Source: Malacoraja senta
Taxonomy: Eukaryota
Assembly (NCBI GenBank): GCA_038087875.1
Contig: CM075995.1
Location: 4,838,001-4,902,000, forward strand
Reading direction: 5' to 3'
DNA: 64,000 bases
This document shows positions 10,312-22,539 of the stretch, piece by piece. The stretch's first letter is position 1; each line of letters opens with the position of its first letter. Made by a program: the position numbers and the translations under genes. The notes beneath the pieces are model-generated. The model was not told the origin of the DNA. It saw only the letters and a list, made by a program, of their open reading frames with translations, and did no database searches.

Positions 10312-13300
10312 GGATGAGGAAGCAAAAGCTGTCGGACTGATCAAGGGACCGACGACGAACAAAGCTTCATCGTATCGGCGCCGACACACCCCACGCCTCA
10401 TCGGCAGTAAGCAGTTCACTGAAGCTGGTGGCAGCTTGAAAGCTGGGCAGAGGTCTTTCAGGCCAAGGTCCAAGCTGGTCTCAGGAAATATGGAATCCAC
10501 ATACACTACCAGTCCTACTCTCCAATCAAGGACGGGAATAGAACCCACATCAGGGGCCTTTGGGCTTACCATAAGACCACCGGTAACCATGGAGGTAGGT
10601 TGGTCTGGTTCTTCCCAAACATGAGGTATGTGGACCATTTACAAGTTGGTAATATTTACACTTGTTTTTGTACAAATGACAATGATAACATGAGATTCCG
10701 ATCCGTTTATAAACTAAAATGATAACATGTGATTGGTTTATTATTGCACAGTATTCAAGGGTACCAAGCATGGCTTGGAATTGGGGCCAGAGTTGTCTTT
10801 CGAGGCAGGCTCAGTATTACGGCCAGGATTGCCTTCCGAGACAGGCTCAGGAATTTGGCCAGAGTTGTCATTCGAGGCAGGCACGGAATTATGGCAGGCG
10901 TGGCCTGTTCATTGTGAAAGATGGAGGATGTCGGTTCATAATTGATTTAACTCGCATGTGCAACATAGACTTTTCAGTGTATGGAACTTCGTTACTGTCT
11001 AACAACTGATTTCCTTAGGATCTTTATGGCATGCATCTATCTCAAAGATGCATACTATTTAGGTCCCATTCACAGGGATCACCGGAGACATTTGAAATTT
11101 ATCTGGATGGGGCAATGATAACAGTTAATGCATTACAAAATGGGCTAACTTCAGCTCCCAGGTCAACTACCAAATTACTAAACCGGTGCTTGGACTGCTC
11201 AGAGCTCAAAAACACTTGTTATGGCTTAACTGGATGATATTCTAAACGCTGTATTTTGCTAAAATCAACTGTTTCAGCCGCAACTACATTTGAGAAATTG
11301 GGGTTCCTCAACCATCCAGTTAAATTTAAGTTGATACCAACTAGAGTTATTGATTATTCGGATTTACCTTTAACTATTAATTTATCTGTGACTCCGCCCT
11401 GGGGCAAGAGATTGGAATCAATAGAAGCCTGTATGAAGCAGCCTTCTATTCCTCAAGTGTAATTGGCAATATAGCAGCTGTGTTTCAGCTGTGCAATTGG
11501 GCCTTTGCATTATCAGAACTTACAACGTGCAAAGTAGTAACCTCTCAAGTGCCATATAGGTCATTGTTAACAGACCTATGCTATTACCAGCTGAAGCTAC
11601 CAACGTCACAATGGTGGACAAACAATATTCAGCATTGCTCCAGTAGTTTTGGTCAGTAATTCTTCAGTTATATTACAAACTGATGCTAGTGCTCAAAGAT
11701 GGAAAATTACGAATGCCATCTCTAGTTACGGAGGCGGATGGGATTTGCATGAATTACCAATTCTTCAGTTATTGGTATCAACTACCTATAGACACTAGGT
11801 GCATACTATGGGTTAAAGGGTTATTATGCGAATATGCATAACCTGCATGCTCAGTTCCAAGTTGATACACTGTGGTGGTGGCATATGTTAGTCACATGGG
11901 TGCAATCAAATCAAAGTATACTGTCATAATTTACACAACCTCATTTGGCGCTGGTGTATCATCACGTAAAATCAATGACAACACAGAATGGATGTTGGAT
12001 CACAAAGTATTTTATGACATTATGGCTCGATGGAACACCGAATATCGATATGTTTGCATCCAGGCTAATTCACCGGTTGCAAAAACATGTGGCATCACAG
12101 TGGCGAGAGATACATTCTCGCTACACAGGGGAGGAATGTTCTTTTATGTCTTTTCTCCATTTTGCGTCATGAGTCGGGTCTTGCAATAAATTCAGCAAGA
12201 TCCCGCTTCAGGTTTTTCGTACTATCTGACTGGCCTATGCAGCCATGGTTCCCGCTAATGTTGGGAATAATAATAGAACTTTATATGGGTATTCTAATAA
12301 AACTTTGCTGGTTCAGCCTGGGATTCGGGGAACCAGCCTCTGCATGATTAAATCAATTCAATGCCTTGCAGACTCTGAGTAGACTGCTCCTGCGGCTCGG
12401 GTTGTCAGACCGATCCATGTATGTGCTCACTGCAGAGTGCAGGGATAGCACCAAAAAAGCAGTACATTTCCTCTTCAGGAGATGGGAAGCGTTTTGTTTA
12501 AATGTTATGTTACATATAATACGGCACGGATACTGACGTCTTAGAGTTCATTTTCAAATGGGTCCTTGACAATAAATTAAGTTATTGTCGCATTAACTGT
12601 GCCCAACGTGCTTTCTCATCATATTTGCTGCAGTGAGCAGGACCCGCTCTCGGGTCTCACCCTCTGATGTCCAGTTTATTAAGGATATCTTTAACACAAG
12701 TTCTCCCAGGCCCAAGTACATGGGATATTGACACTGTGTTAACACTACTTCACCAGGGGGCTCCAGCTATATCCTTATCTTTGGCTCGGCTCTCATAAGG
12801 TAGTTATCCCCATGGCGCTGTTCTCAGCGCAACGGGTCCAGTCATTACATAAATTGTGACTGGACAGGATGGTTACACCTGCTAATAATAAAATATTTCA
12901 TGTTTACGATTTAGTTAAGCAGGGCAGCCCAGGGGTGTCAGGTCTCAAACAAGTTCTCATGGCATACCCCATGCACCTTCGGTTATGTGTGGTCACACAT
13001 TTACAACATTACGTCAAGGTCACCTAGAGCCTTAGAGGCTCTGAAACTAGCTATGTTTGTTAGTTACAAAAAAACCTCATAAGAAGGTATCAGTTCAGAC
13101 CATCTCCAGGTGGTTAAAACGGGGTTTTGGCTTATGCAGGAGTAGATACTAATTTTCTAATCTCACTCCACCAGGGCTTTCTACAACATCAGCAGCAAGG
13201 GTTATGTACGATCCTCTGGATCACACCCTAGCGACTGCAGGATGGTCTAACGAACGAGTTTTCCAAACATTTTATGATAACCCATTGCCAGACCAGGGGT

Positions 13301-13851
13301 ATTTGCCAACTCTATTTTAGGCTCTATTTTATAGTTTCCCCCCAGATGAGAGGGGTTACTATTATTATTATTTGTTCATTTATCAGCATCAGCATGTTTT
13401 AATCTATGTCATGTCTGTATGCATTATGAATGTTTCCCTTATCTGTGGTCAACTGATGCAGTTGTGTTTGTGTGGACTCGTTTTCCATGGCATGAAATCA
13501 CAGAGCTTTGAAATCTTCACGTAGTCACTCACGTGACTCCGAAGTAAAATAATAAGATTAAACGAGAACTTACCAGTTTGAAGTTTGATCTTTATTTTAT
13601 GAGGAGTTACGATGAGCGATTACGTGCCCTCCGCTCCCAACCCTCGTATCATAAAGGTAATCTGGTAGTTCTAGTCTTCTCTAATCTTACTATGTTCAGT
13701 TCACCAATTGTTATCTGTGATTTCACACCGCTGCTTTGAAGATTGACGCGCATGCGGGCTGACGGCCTTCTTCACGTAATCGCTCATCGTAACTCCTCAT
13801 AAAATAAAGATCAAACTTCAAACTGGTAAATTCTCGTTTAATCTTACTATT
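10312..13851 (+). mobile_element. Copy A2 of the decayed DIRS 3' portion (duplicate of 488-4027), with ICR and right terminus, followed by the original flank
   Basis: Near-identical to 488-4027; ends ...CTTACTATT at 13851, then unique sequence ATATGCCAG. Confidence 0.93.
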
Positions 13852-14142
13852 ATATGCCAGAATGCAGAAGTTGCAGGTTGCAGTCACTGGTCTGGAACAA
13901 ACACGACTTGTTTGTGGTTCCATGGGGCCTCTTGGGAAGGTGCTATCAAAGTGCAATTGACAGTAAACCTGGAACTCTGTACGCAATAGCATTGACGTAG
14001 GATTCTCACCGTGGAGACTGCAGCATCTTAACAGGGCAGTCCACAACATCTAGATGCCCAATGAAAGGAACAAAATGCCAGCCTTGCCCCCAGCATCAAT
14101 AAAGTGCAGGATGTTGTTGTGAGCTTTCGATCTCCCCCCTTG

Positions 14143-14437
14143 TTTTAGTTTTAGAGATAGAGGGTGGAAACAGGCCCTTCGTCCCACCGAGTCCTCGCCG
14201 ACCAGCAATCACCCATACACTAGTTCTATCCTACACACGAGGGACAATTTACAGAGGCCAATTGACCTACAAACCTGCACGTCGTTGGAATGTGGGAGGA
14301 AACCGGAGCATCCGGTGAAATCCCATGCGGTCACTGGGAGAAAGTACAAACTCCGTACGGACAACTTTAGTCAGGATTGAACCCGGGTCTCTGGCGCTGT
14401 GAGGCAGCAACTCGACCGCTGCGGCACTGAGCTGCCC
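14143..14437 (-). mobile_element. tRNA-derived V-SINE (HE1-like)
   Basis: Reverse complement shows a tRNA-like head with A/B boxes, the central V-like core (TTTCCTCCCACA) and a CTCTAAAACTAAA tail. Confidence 0.8.
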
Positions 14438-15210
14438 ATTCTCAATTGGCTAAATATTAGCACTTGATTAAGGCAGCTCAACGCCAGCCACATTATCATG
14501 CCTTACAGCAGCAAAACTTTATTGGTTCCTGCACTTACAAATACGTTGATGCTTACCAGTCAGTGTTCAGGCAAAGTAGAATATGAGAATAATCTAGCAA
14601 GAAACTTAGAAATGCATTGTAAAAGCTTCTGTAGATATTTGCAATGGAAATAAATGAGCAGAAGCTGAAGTGGCTTCTTACAGGTTAGGATTGGGGAATT
14701 ACATTGGGGAACAAAGAAATTAAACCAAATATCTTGGTTTTTATGCAAGAAGACACCGGAAACCTGTGGGAATAATGAAGAACAACAGGTCGAGAGTGAA
14801 TGTGGAACTGAAAGATATTCGCCTTTGTTTAAAAGTACTGGAGTAATTAATGAGATGGAAAGGCAATCACTGTCAGGACCAGATAGAAACATAGAACATA
14901 GGTGCAGGAGTAGGCCCTTCGGCCCTTCGAGCCAGCAGCGCCATTCAATATGATCATGGCTGATCATCCAAAATCAGTACCCCGTTCCTGCTTTGTCCCC
15001 ATCTCCCTTGATTCCTCTAGCCCCAAGAGCTAAATCTAACTCTCTGACCCAGGTGACCTCTATCCAAAGGTTTTGAAGGTGGTAACACTGGAAATTAGTT
15101 GTTGTCATCCAAATGTCCAAATATTCTGACATTGGTTCCCACTGTTTTAAGAAAAAAAAGGGCAAATGGTAAAAATGGGGAATTCAGCTATTAGGTCGAT
15201 ACCAGTTGTA

Positions 15211-15862
15211 GTTTATAGTTTCGTTTAGAGATACAGCGCGGAAACAGGCCCCTCGGGCCCACCAAGTCCGCATCGACCAGCGATCCCCACACACTTACAC
15301 TATCCGACACACATTTGGGACAATTTACATTTGTACCATGCCAATGAACCTACAAACCTGTACGTCTTTGGAGTGTGGGAGGAAAACGGAGCTCCCGGAG
15401 AAAACATACGCAGGTCACGGTGAGAACGTACAAACTCCGTACAGACAACGCCCGTAGTCAGGATTGAACCTGGGTCTCTGGCATTGTGAGGCAGCACCTC
15501 TACCGCTGTGCTGCCCACTGTGCTGCTGCTTGATGCACTTGCTGGTCAAACCCCTGTCTACAAATCAACATCAGCCTTATTCATGCCGAGGTAGATGTGA
15601 CCATTTCAGTGTGTCCCACCGAGTCCACGCCGACCAACAGTCTAATTCTATCCTACATACTAGGGACAATTTACAGAAGCCAATTCACCTCCAAACACTC
15701 ACGTCTTTGAAGTGTGGGAGGAAACCAGAGCACTTTTGAGAGAGCCCACGCAGACACAGAGAGAACGTAAAACTCCGTGCAGACTGCACCCGTAGTCAGG
15801 ATTGAACCTGGGTCTCTGGTGATTTAAGGCAGCAACTCTACCGTTGCGCCACCGTGCTGCCC
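15211..15862 (-). mobile_element. Two V-SINE copies (about 15211-15516 and 15610-15862)
   Basis: Same head/core/tail sequence as the other copies. Confidence 0.75.
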
Positions 15863-16607
15863 TGTTAATCTGCTCTTCAAGTTTTATAATTCTCCACTTT
15901 GCTTTCAAATTCCTCGGTGCCCTCACCCCTTCGTATCTCCTGCCATCTCCAGCAGCCATGTGTGGCCTGGACAACATTTAGTGCAAGATTAAGTCCGATT
16001 AAAGATATCCAATGGAGTAGAGAGGAGGTCAGGACTGCTCACAGTCTTGCCATCTTCTCCAGCCCTGTGTGGCCTGTGGATAAGATTTCAATATAAGAGG
16101 AACAATGCAAGGACAGCTGGAAGATACACGGGGGAAAGACTCTCGGAATTAGTTGTAAAGTTAAATACATTATTGATCTCATTTAAGGGAAATAGTCAAG
16201 CAGGAAGTGGGAAATCTTGAGATGAAAGGATGGTAGTTAAAGGAAGATAACCAGATAATGATGAACTGTTCACTAAGTATTTCGCTTCAGCAATTATTGA
16301 GACAAGTTAGTTTAGTTTATTGTCATGTGTACCGAGGTACAGTGAAAAGCTTTAGTTGTGTGCTGACCAGTTAGCGGAAAGATTAATACATGATTACAAT
16401 TGAGCCATTCACAGTGTACAGATACACGATAAAGGGAATAACGTGAATAATATATAGTGCAAGATAAAATCCAGTTAGGTCCGATCAAAGATAGTCCGAG
16501 GGACAAATCTCTGGGGATGGAGCAGTAAAATCTTGAATTATTTAGATGGGAGATGAGAGGTAATGACCTAGATTCTGTGTTTGTAATATGATGGAAATTG
16601 CGGACAT

Positions 16608-16911
16608 TTTTTAGTTTAGTTTAGAGAAACGGCGCAGAAACAGGCCTTTCGGCCCACCGATCCACACCGACCAGCGATCCCCGTACACTAAACTGTCCGA
16701 CACACGAGGGACAATTTACAACTCCTTCCAAAGCCAATTAACCTACAAACCTCTACGTCTTTGGAATGTGGGAGGAAACGGGAGCTCTGGGAGAAAACCC
16801 AAGGGGTCACAGGGAGAACGTACAAACTCCGTACAGACAGCACCCGTAGTCAGGATCGAACCTGGGTCTCTGTCGCTGTAAGGCGGCAACTCTACCACTG
16901 TGCCACCGCGC
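16608..16911 (-). mobile_element. V-SINE
   Basis: (TTTAG)n tail at 16608-16625 and tRNA-like head at about 16850-16911. Confidence 0.8.
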
Positions 16912-17157
16912 CTCAACTACGCTTGCTCTGTGTGGTACGGATGGTCACACAGGATGCTGAAGTTGCTGAAGTAAAACCCCACAAATGGCCAGGTGACACC
17001 ACCCCTCCACTCAGTATGCTAATGAAGTCCTTGAAAATTGAAATCCTTTTGAAATCAATGGTTTAACGATAGCTTCTGCTTAAGCTCATATTCTGTTGTT
17101 GAAAAGCAAAATCCCTTGTTAATTAAATAATTAATTAGACAAAGATATTACAGAGAA

Positions 17158-17468
17158 GGGCGGCACGGTGATGCAGTGGTAGAGTTGCTGTCTTATAGCG
17201 CCAGAGATGTGGGTTTGATCCTGACTACGGGTGCTTGTCTGTACGGAGTTTGTACGTTCTCCCCGTGAACTGCGTGGGTTTTCTCAGGGTATCACGGGTT
17301 TCCTCCCACACACCAAAGACGTGCAGGTTTGTAGGTTCATTGGCTTGATATAAATGTAAATTGTCCCCAGTGTGTGTTGGATAGTGTTGGTGTGCAGGGA
17401 TCGCTGGTCTGCGCAGACTCGTTGGGCTGAAGGGCCTGTTTTGCGCTGTATCTCTAAACTAAACTAAA
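17158..17468 (+). mobile_element. V-SINE
   Basis: GGGCGGCACGGTGATGCAGTGGTAGAG head, V-like core, CTCTAAACTAAACTAAA tail. Confidence 0.8.
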
Positions 17469-17805
17469 TATTATTTCCGTATTTACTAATGAAAATCTGT
17501 CCAGGCACAGAAAAAAACAAAACAATTTCACGTCTGGTGCCTAATTCCTTCAAAATAATTATTCTTAAGGCTTTGCTTTAATGTGAGAGGGGCAAAGTTT
17601 AAAGGAGATATGCGGGCCAATAGGCTGTGGGCCGAGCATCAAAAATGTGTCTAGAAATCGATTTTCGTAATCCACGTCACAGAACTACATTAAATTTTCC
17701 ACAGATTTAGATGAAATATAATTGAGAAGGATGTCATATCTCGTCAGTGCCAAAGGTTGCACATTAATTAATTAAACTAATTAGAAAAAGAGATCGGGAA
17801 AGTAA

Positions 17806-17819
17806 GCGCCATCTAGTGG
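17806..17819 (-). promoter_or_regulatory. CTCF core motif (CCACTAGATGGCGC on the minus strand)
   Basis: Exact match to the canonical CCASYAGRKGGCRS consensus; binding is not shown. Confidence 0.55.
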
Positions 17820-18708
17820 CCAATGCCCATATTACACCATGGGCAGCCTATTTCCGTGTTGCAGTCCATTTAAACTATTATATATATATATGACTTGTAA
17901 ATATGACTGTAATCATATATAATTAAGTATAATTATATTATATAAAAATAATATAATGAATATAATTGTGAGTGTTTTTTTAATGACACTGTCGCAGAGG
18001 TCCTGCTCCTGAACCAGCCTAATTAATGGGTGAGGGCAGTTCTTGTGGGTTCCTCCCTTTACTGAACCCCACTGACTGCCAGTGTGCAGAGTGGGAGTCA
18101 CAGCCATAGTGGGACTGGGGCAGTTCCAGGCTGGGGGACAGTCCTGTAAGGCATCTTCCAGTCGCTTTAATAGGAAATGTAATGAGACTGCAGCAGAGGT
18201 CCCAGGTTTTAAGGGCTCATGAACCTGCCTAATTAAAGGGTCAGGACAGATCCTCTGGGTTCCCACGTTTACTGAACCCCACTGACTGCCATAGTGGGGA
18301 GAATGGGGATAACAGCCATAGTGGGACTGGGGCAGTGCCAGGCTGGGTGGCAGACCTGTAAGAAACCTGTCTTATTTCTGATGTAAATGTCACATCCTGA
18401 CCAAGAATCAAATGCTCTGATGTTTACTCGATGAGTATTCATTTTAAGCTACAATGAGCCTATATTTATGTTAGAGATGGTGCCTTTGCAAATGATGGTT
18501 AATACCTTTAACCTAAAATAACCCTAAAAGTGTTGCATTGTTTGAGTATCTGTAGTTTGTGTGTGTGTCTGTGTATACCTGTCAAACGTGTATCTGTGGA
18601 TATGTGGATGTAAGTGTGTATGTATGTGTGGATGGATGTATGTGTGGATGTATGTGTGTGAATGTATGTGTGTGCATGGATGTGTACATGTATGTCTGCG
18701 TGCGGATG

Positions 18709-19505
18709 CAGGGCTCGAAATTAGAGGTTGCCCGGGTGCCCCTGACCACTCAAAGCGCCGCCGGGCAACCTAAACGGCGAGTCATTTTGCCCGGCTTGGC
18801 AACCAGATACTGGGTTGTACCGAAGATAGACACAAAAAACTGGAGTAACTCCGCGGGTCAGGCAGCATCTCTGGAGAAAAGGAACGCGACGTTTCGTGTC
18901 GGCGGCGGCTGTGCGGGGCAAAGATACTAGGTGCGGGGTGAGGAAGGGTCGGAGCTAATGACGGCCCCGAACAGCGGCGGCAGCGGTGGCCGCGACAGCG
19001 GCTCCATCTCCTCCTCCCGCCCCCCGCCCGCCCTGATAAGGGCCTCTGCTTGTAAATCCGCTAACCGCGATAACCGCTTTCAAAACAAACCCTCCCGCAC
19101 GCCGAGGCCGGGAGGAAGGAGGGAGGGAGGGGGAGGCCTCGGAGTGCGGGAGGGTTTGTTTTGAAAGCCTGTTAGCGGATTTACAAGCAGAGGCCCTTAT
19201 CAGTGCGGGCGGGGGTCGGGAGGAAGAGGAGATGGAGCCGCTATCACTGCCGCTGTGCGAAGCCCGTCATTCGCTCCGACCCTTCTGAAGCAGCTGCACC
19301 AAAGATCTTATTTGAAGCAGAAATAATATGTGAATGCTTCATTGAGTATAATTCCAACTGGTAACTACGCACTTCGTCGGAGCACATTATCGCACGCGTC
19401 ATGCAAGCCATCTTAAATGACCACCTAAACTGTCATTTGGCAACCTAAAAAGCTGCCAAGGTTGCCCGGCTGGCAACAGGGAAAAAAAGTTAAGCGAGAG
19501 CCCTG
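18709..19505. mobile_element. hAT-like non-autonomous element (797 bp) with an apparent 5-bp TSD, nested in a TG-rich microsatellite inside the Academ-like element
   Basis: Ends CAGGGCTC...GAGCCCTG; GGATG on both sides (18704-08, 19506-10); subterminal GGCAAC/GTTGCC repeats; internal long inverted repeat. Confidence 0.7.
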
Positions 19506-20560
19506 GGATGTATGTGTGCATGTATGTGTGTGTGTGTGCATGCATGGAAGTGTGCGTACGGATGGATGTGTGTGTGGATGTGTGTATGTATGTGTGGATG
19601 GGTGGGTGGACTGTTGCACTGTCATTCACCAGCACGCCATTATCATAAGTAATTCACTCATTGTTTAAATAATTTGACCAAATAAACAGTGAAACGATCG
19701 ACACTAAAATAAAACTTTATATAAGCATTTATTTCCCCAATTTATTTGTTTACATTACATCTGATCTTCATCTGAATATTCTTCATCAGATTCCAAGTCT
19801 TTCGATAAGTTTTGATAAGTCCATTGATAAGTTAGTTCAAGTTCAAGTGGAGGGTCAGGCAGAGGCTACAAAAAACCCCATCTCATAGACATTAAGTCTG
19901 CATGGACTTCAATTCATAAAATTTCAACCTCTTCTTAATGTTAATGAGAATAACACTGTTACTACCATAGATAAATTAGTTCAAGTTCAAGTTCACATGC
20001 ACCAATTCATTTCTACATAAACATCAGCCATTTCTGACCATTTCTCACTCCAATGGCAGCCTATAATGTGCAATGAATATTCCTCCGTTTTTCTCCCGTG
20101 GTCGGGGCTGGAAATGGCCGTAGCGGACGGCACTATGTACAGCCCCCCCACCCCCCCCCCCCCCCCCGCCCGCGGAGATGATCCAAACACACTCCGCGTT
20201 CGCGAATCGGTCGCTTCTTAATTGAGACCGCGGCTTCACTATGTTAAGTACATAGGCCCCGCGATCGGAGCACTTGTACTCGGTAAGTGATCGCAGGCAA
20301 CTCCGAGATTAGATGTTAAAGACTTATTAGACTCCAACAAGCTGGCATTAGTGACAATGTTTAATTTAAAACTTGTTATGGATACACATAGTTTAGGCCC
20401 TCGAATGAATGAATGAGTGAATGAATGAGTGAATGAATGAGGGAATGAATGAGGGAATGTACAGCCTCCAAATCTCATTTTTTCACATTATAAAGGGTGC
20501 AATTAAATTAATTAAAGTCCATACAGATTAATTTTCATAAATTCAGACTTTAGATCTTAC

Positions 20561-20810
20561 CTTTCAGTTCGTTGATTCACAAAGTTTGACTGGTTTCACA
20601 ACTTTGTGTTGCAGCATCTCAGCAGCGACTTTGCTTTCAAGACTTCCACTTCTATCCACTTAGCTGCACATTCTTCAGACTTCTTAATGCTTTTCTCACT
20701 AAATTCAATTACCCTGCTGCAAGTTTCCACGACATGTATTCCACAGAACTAGAAAGAACCTTCATCGGAATCTCCAATAAAACAGGCATCAGTGAAGTCC
20801 TCTCAGCCAT
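20561..20810 (-). pseudogene. Decayed first coding exon of the Academ-like element's putative transposase gene
   Basis: ATG at 20810; remnant reading CGIHVVETCSRVIEFSEKSIKKSEECAAKW; donor AAG|GTAAG at 20561/20560; CCAAT boxes upstream (about 20851 and 20892). Contains a stop and frameshifts. Confidence 0.4.
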
Positions 20811-21180
20811 GTTGTGTGCTCCCTGCCTAGCTAGCCTGAAACAAAGCGCGTGATTGGCCAACTGGCAAACAACTCAATGTTAAACGTGCTTTGATTGGAC
20901 TAAAAATACACAAAAAAATTCAGTTTTTTCTCTAATTTAATAAAAAAAAATGCAAGTCTTGTTCTTGATGAGTTTCAGGGGTGATTTATATAATATTTTT
21001 ACACAATATGTGAAAATTTCATGTAGTTCTGTGACTTGGGTCACGAAACATTAGAATAAAGCTCCTCGGCCCACAGCCTGCAAGTTTTTTTGACACATGG
21101 GGTGGTGAGTGCCTGGAATGAGCTGCCATGGGTGGTGGGTTGAAGCAGTTGTGACAGTGGCATTTAAAATACTTTGGATA

Positions 21181-21513
21181 GGCACGGTGGCGCAGCGGTA
21201 GAGTTGCTGCCTTACAGCGCTTGCAGCACCAGAGAACTGTATTTGATCCCGACTACGGGTGCTGTCTGTACGGAGTTTGTACGTTCTCCTCGTGACCGCG
21301 TGGGCTTTCTCCAAGATCTTCGGTTTTCTCCCACACTCCAAAGATGTACAGGTTTGTATGTAGGTAAATTGGCTTGGTAAATGTAAAAATTGTCCCTAGT
21401 GTGTGTAGGATAGTGTTAATATGTGGGTATCGCTGGTCGGCGCGGACCTGATGGGCTGAAGGGCCTATTTCCACGCTGTATCTCTAAACTAAACTGAACT
21501 AAACTAAACTAAA
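21181..21513 (+). mobile_element. V-SINE (variant with a duplicated CAGCGCTT in the head)
   Basis: Full head, core and (AAACT)n tail. Confidence 0.82.
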
Positions 21514-21774
21514 ATATGGATATGCAGGGAATGGAGGGGTGTGGGTGATGTGCAGGGAGGTAGGTAATGGTCTTTGCATCATGTTCAGCTCAGACGTTGT
21601 GGACCGATGGGCCTGTTCTTGTGCTATGCGGTTCTATCTTCTAAAATTTCGCCTTTTTTAAAGTTTCTTACTTAATCTTCTATTTTAATCTCATTATTAA
21701 CCCTACCATTTTGGCTTCTCAAATGTTTAGAGTTGATTAGAAAAGAAAGTATTGTTTTTGCTTCCTGGCTTGAT

Positions 21775-22062
21775 AAGATGTCATAGCCTCAGAATTAAAG
21801 AATGTTCCTTTAGGAAGGAGATGAGGAGGAATTTGTTCAGTCAGAGGGTGGTGAATCTGTGGAATTCATTGCCACAGTAGGTTATGGAGGCCTGATCAAT
21901 GGATATTTTTAAGGAACAGATAGATAGATTCTTGACTAGTACAGGTGTTAGAGGTTATAGGGAGGGCAGGAGAATGGGGTTTGGAGGGAAAGATAGATCA
22001 GCCATGATTGAATGGCGGAGTAGATGTGATGGGCGATAGGCCTAATTCCTGTCACTTATGAA
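21775..22062 (+). mobile_element. CR1/HER1-type LINE 3' fragment
   Basis: Degenerate RVVNLWNSLP C-terminus plus the shared 3'UTR GATCAGCCATGATTGAATGGCGG. Confidence 0.7.
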
Positions 22063-22539
22063 CTGCCCAAGTAACTGAAAAGAATTAGAAGAGATGGATT
22101 GCCAAAAGAGCATAAATCTCTTGACAGCATATTATTAAGGGAGGTAGTCTGTGTAGTTAAGACTATGTTAAGCAGATAAATGAAGATGGCAAACATTTTC
22201 AGTTACAGCATAAAATCATTGTAAATTGAATTTGCTACATTTCCTTGGTGGAAATGATGACTAAATATAACTTTTATTGAAGCCTTTCAAGAAATTGCAA
22301 TTTAGTGTCTCACTGAACTACTCGAAAACAATGCATTGCAGACATGAAATTGATTTAAATTATTATTTTGTAGATTATGTCCAATCATAGCAAAGGGCCA
22401 AAGTAATGTTGCTTTGATTCCAACTGGACTGTAAAAGAAAATCTTCAAAAAGCAAAGATTCATGGAAATATTAAGAAACATTTATCTCTATCAAGAAAGC
22501 GGACAGACAGGTCAAGTCCCAAGTGCATGACAAGCTTTT

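Larger units (their letters stand above)
17621..21080 (-). mobile_element. Non-autonomous TIR DNA transposon (Academ-like), 3,460 bp, inserted in a CR1 3' fragment
   Basis: TIRs TAGGCTGTGGGCCGAG / CTCGGCCCACAGCCTG, plus a subterminal inverted block GTCACAGAACTACAT at 17676 and 21021-21035. 3-bp TSD CAA at 17618-20 and 21081-83. Flanks rejoin into a CR1 3' sequence. Superfamily assignment is inference. Confidence 0.75.

Noticed and set aside
488..13851. LTR retrotransposon with 3.5-kb LTRs
   Set aside because: The interior is a complete poly(A)-tailed L1 with no integrase, PBS or PPT. The repeats lack TG..CA ends and are part of a DIRS element.
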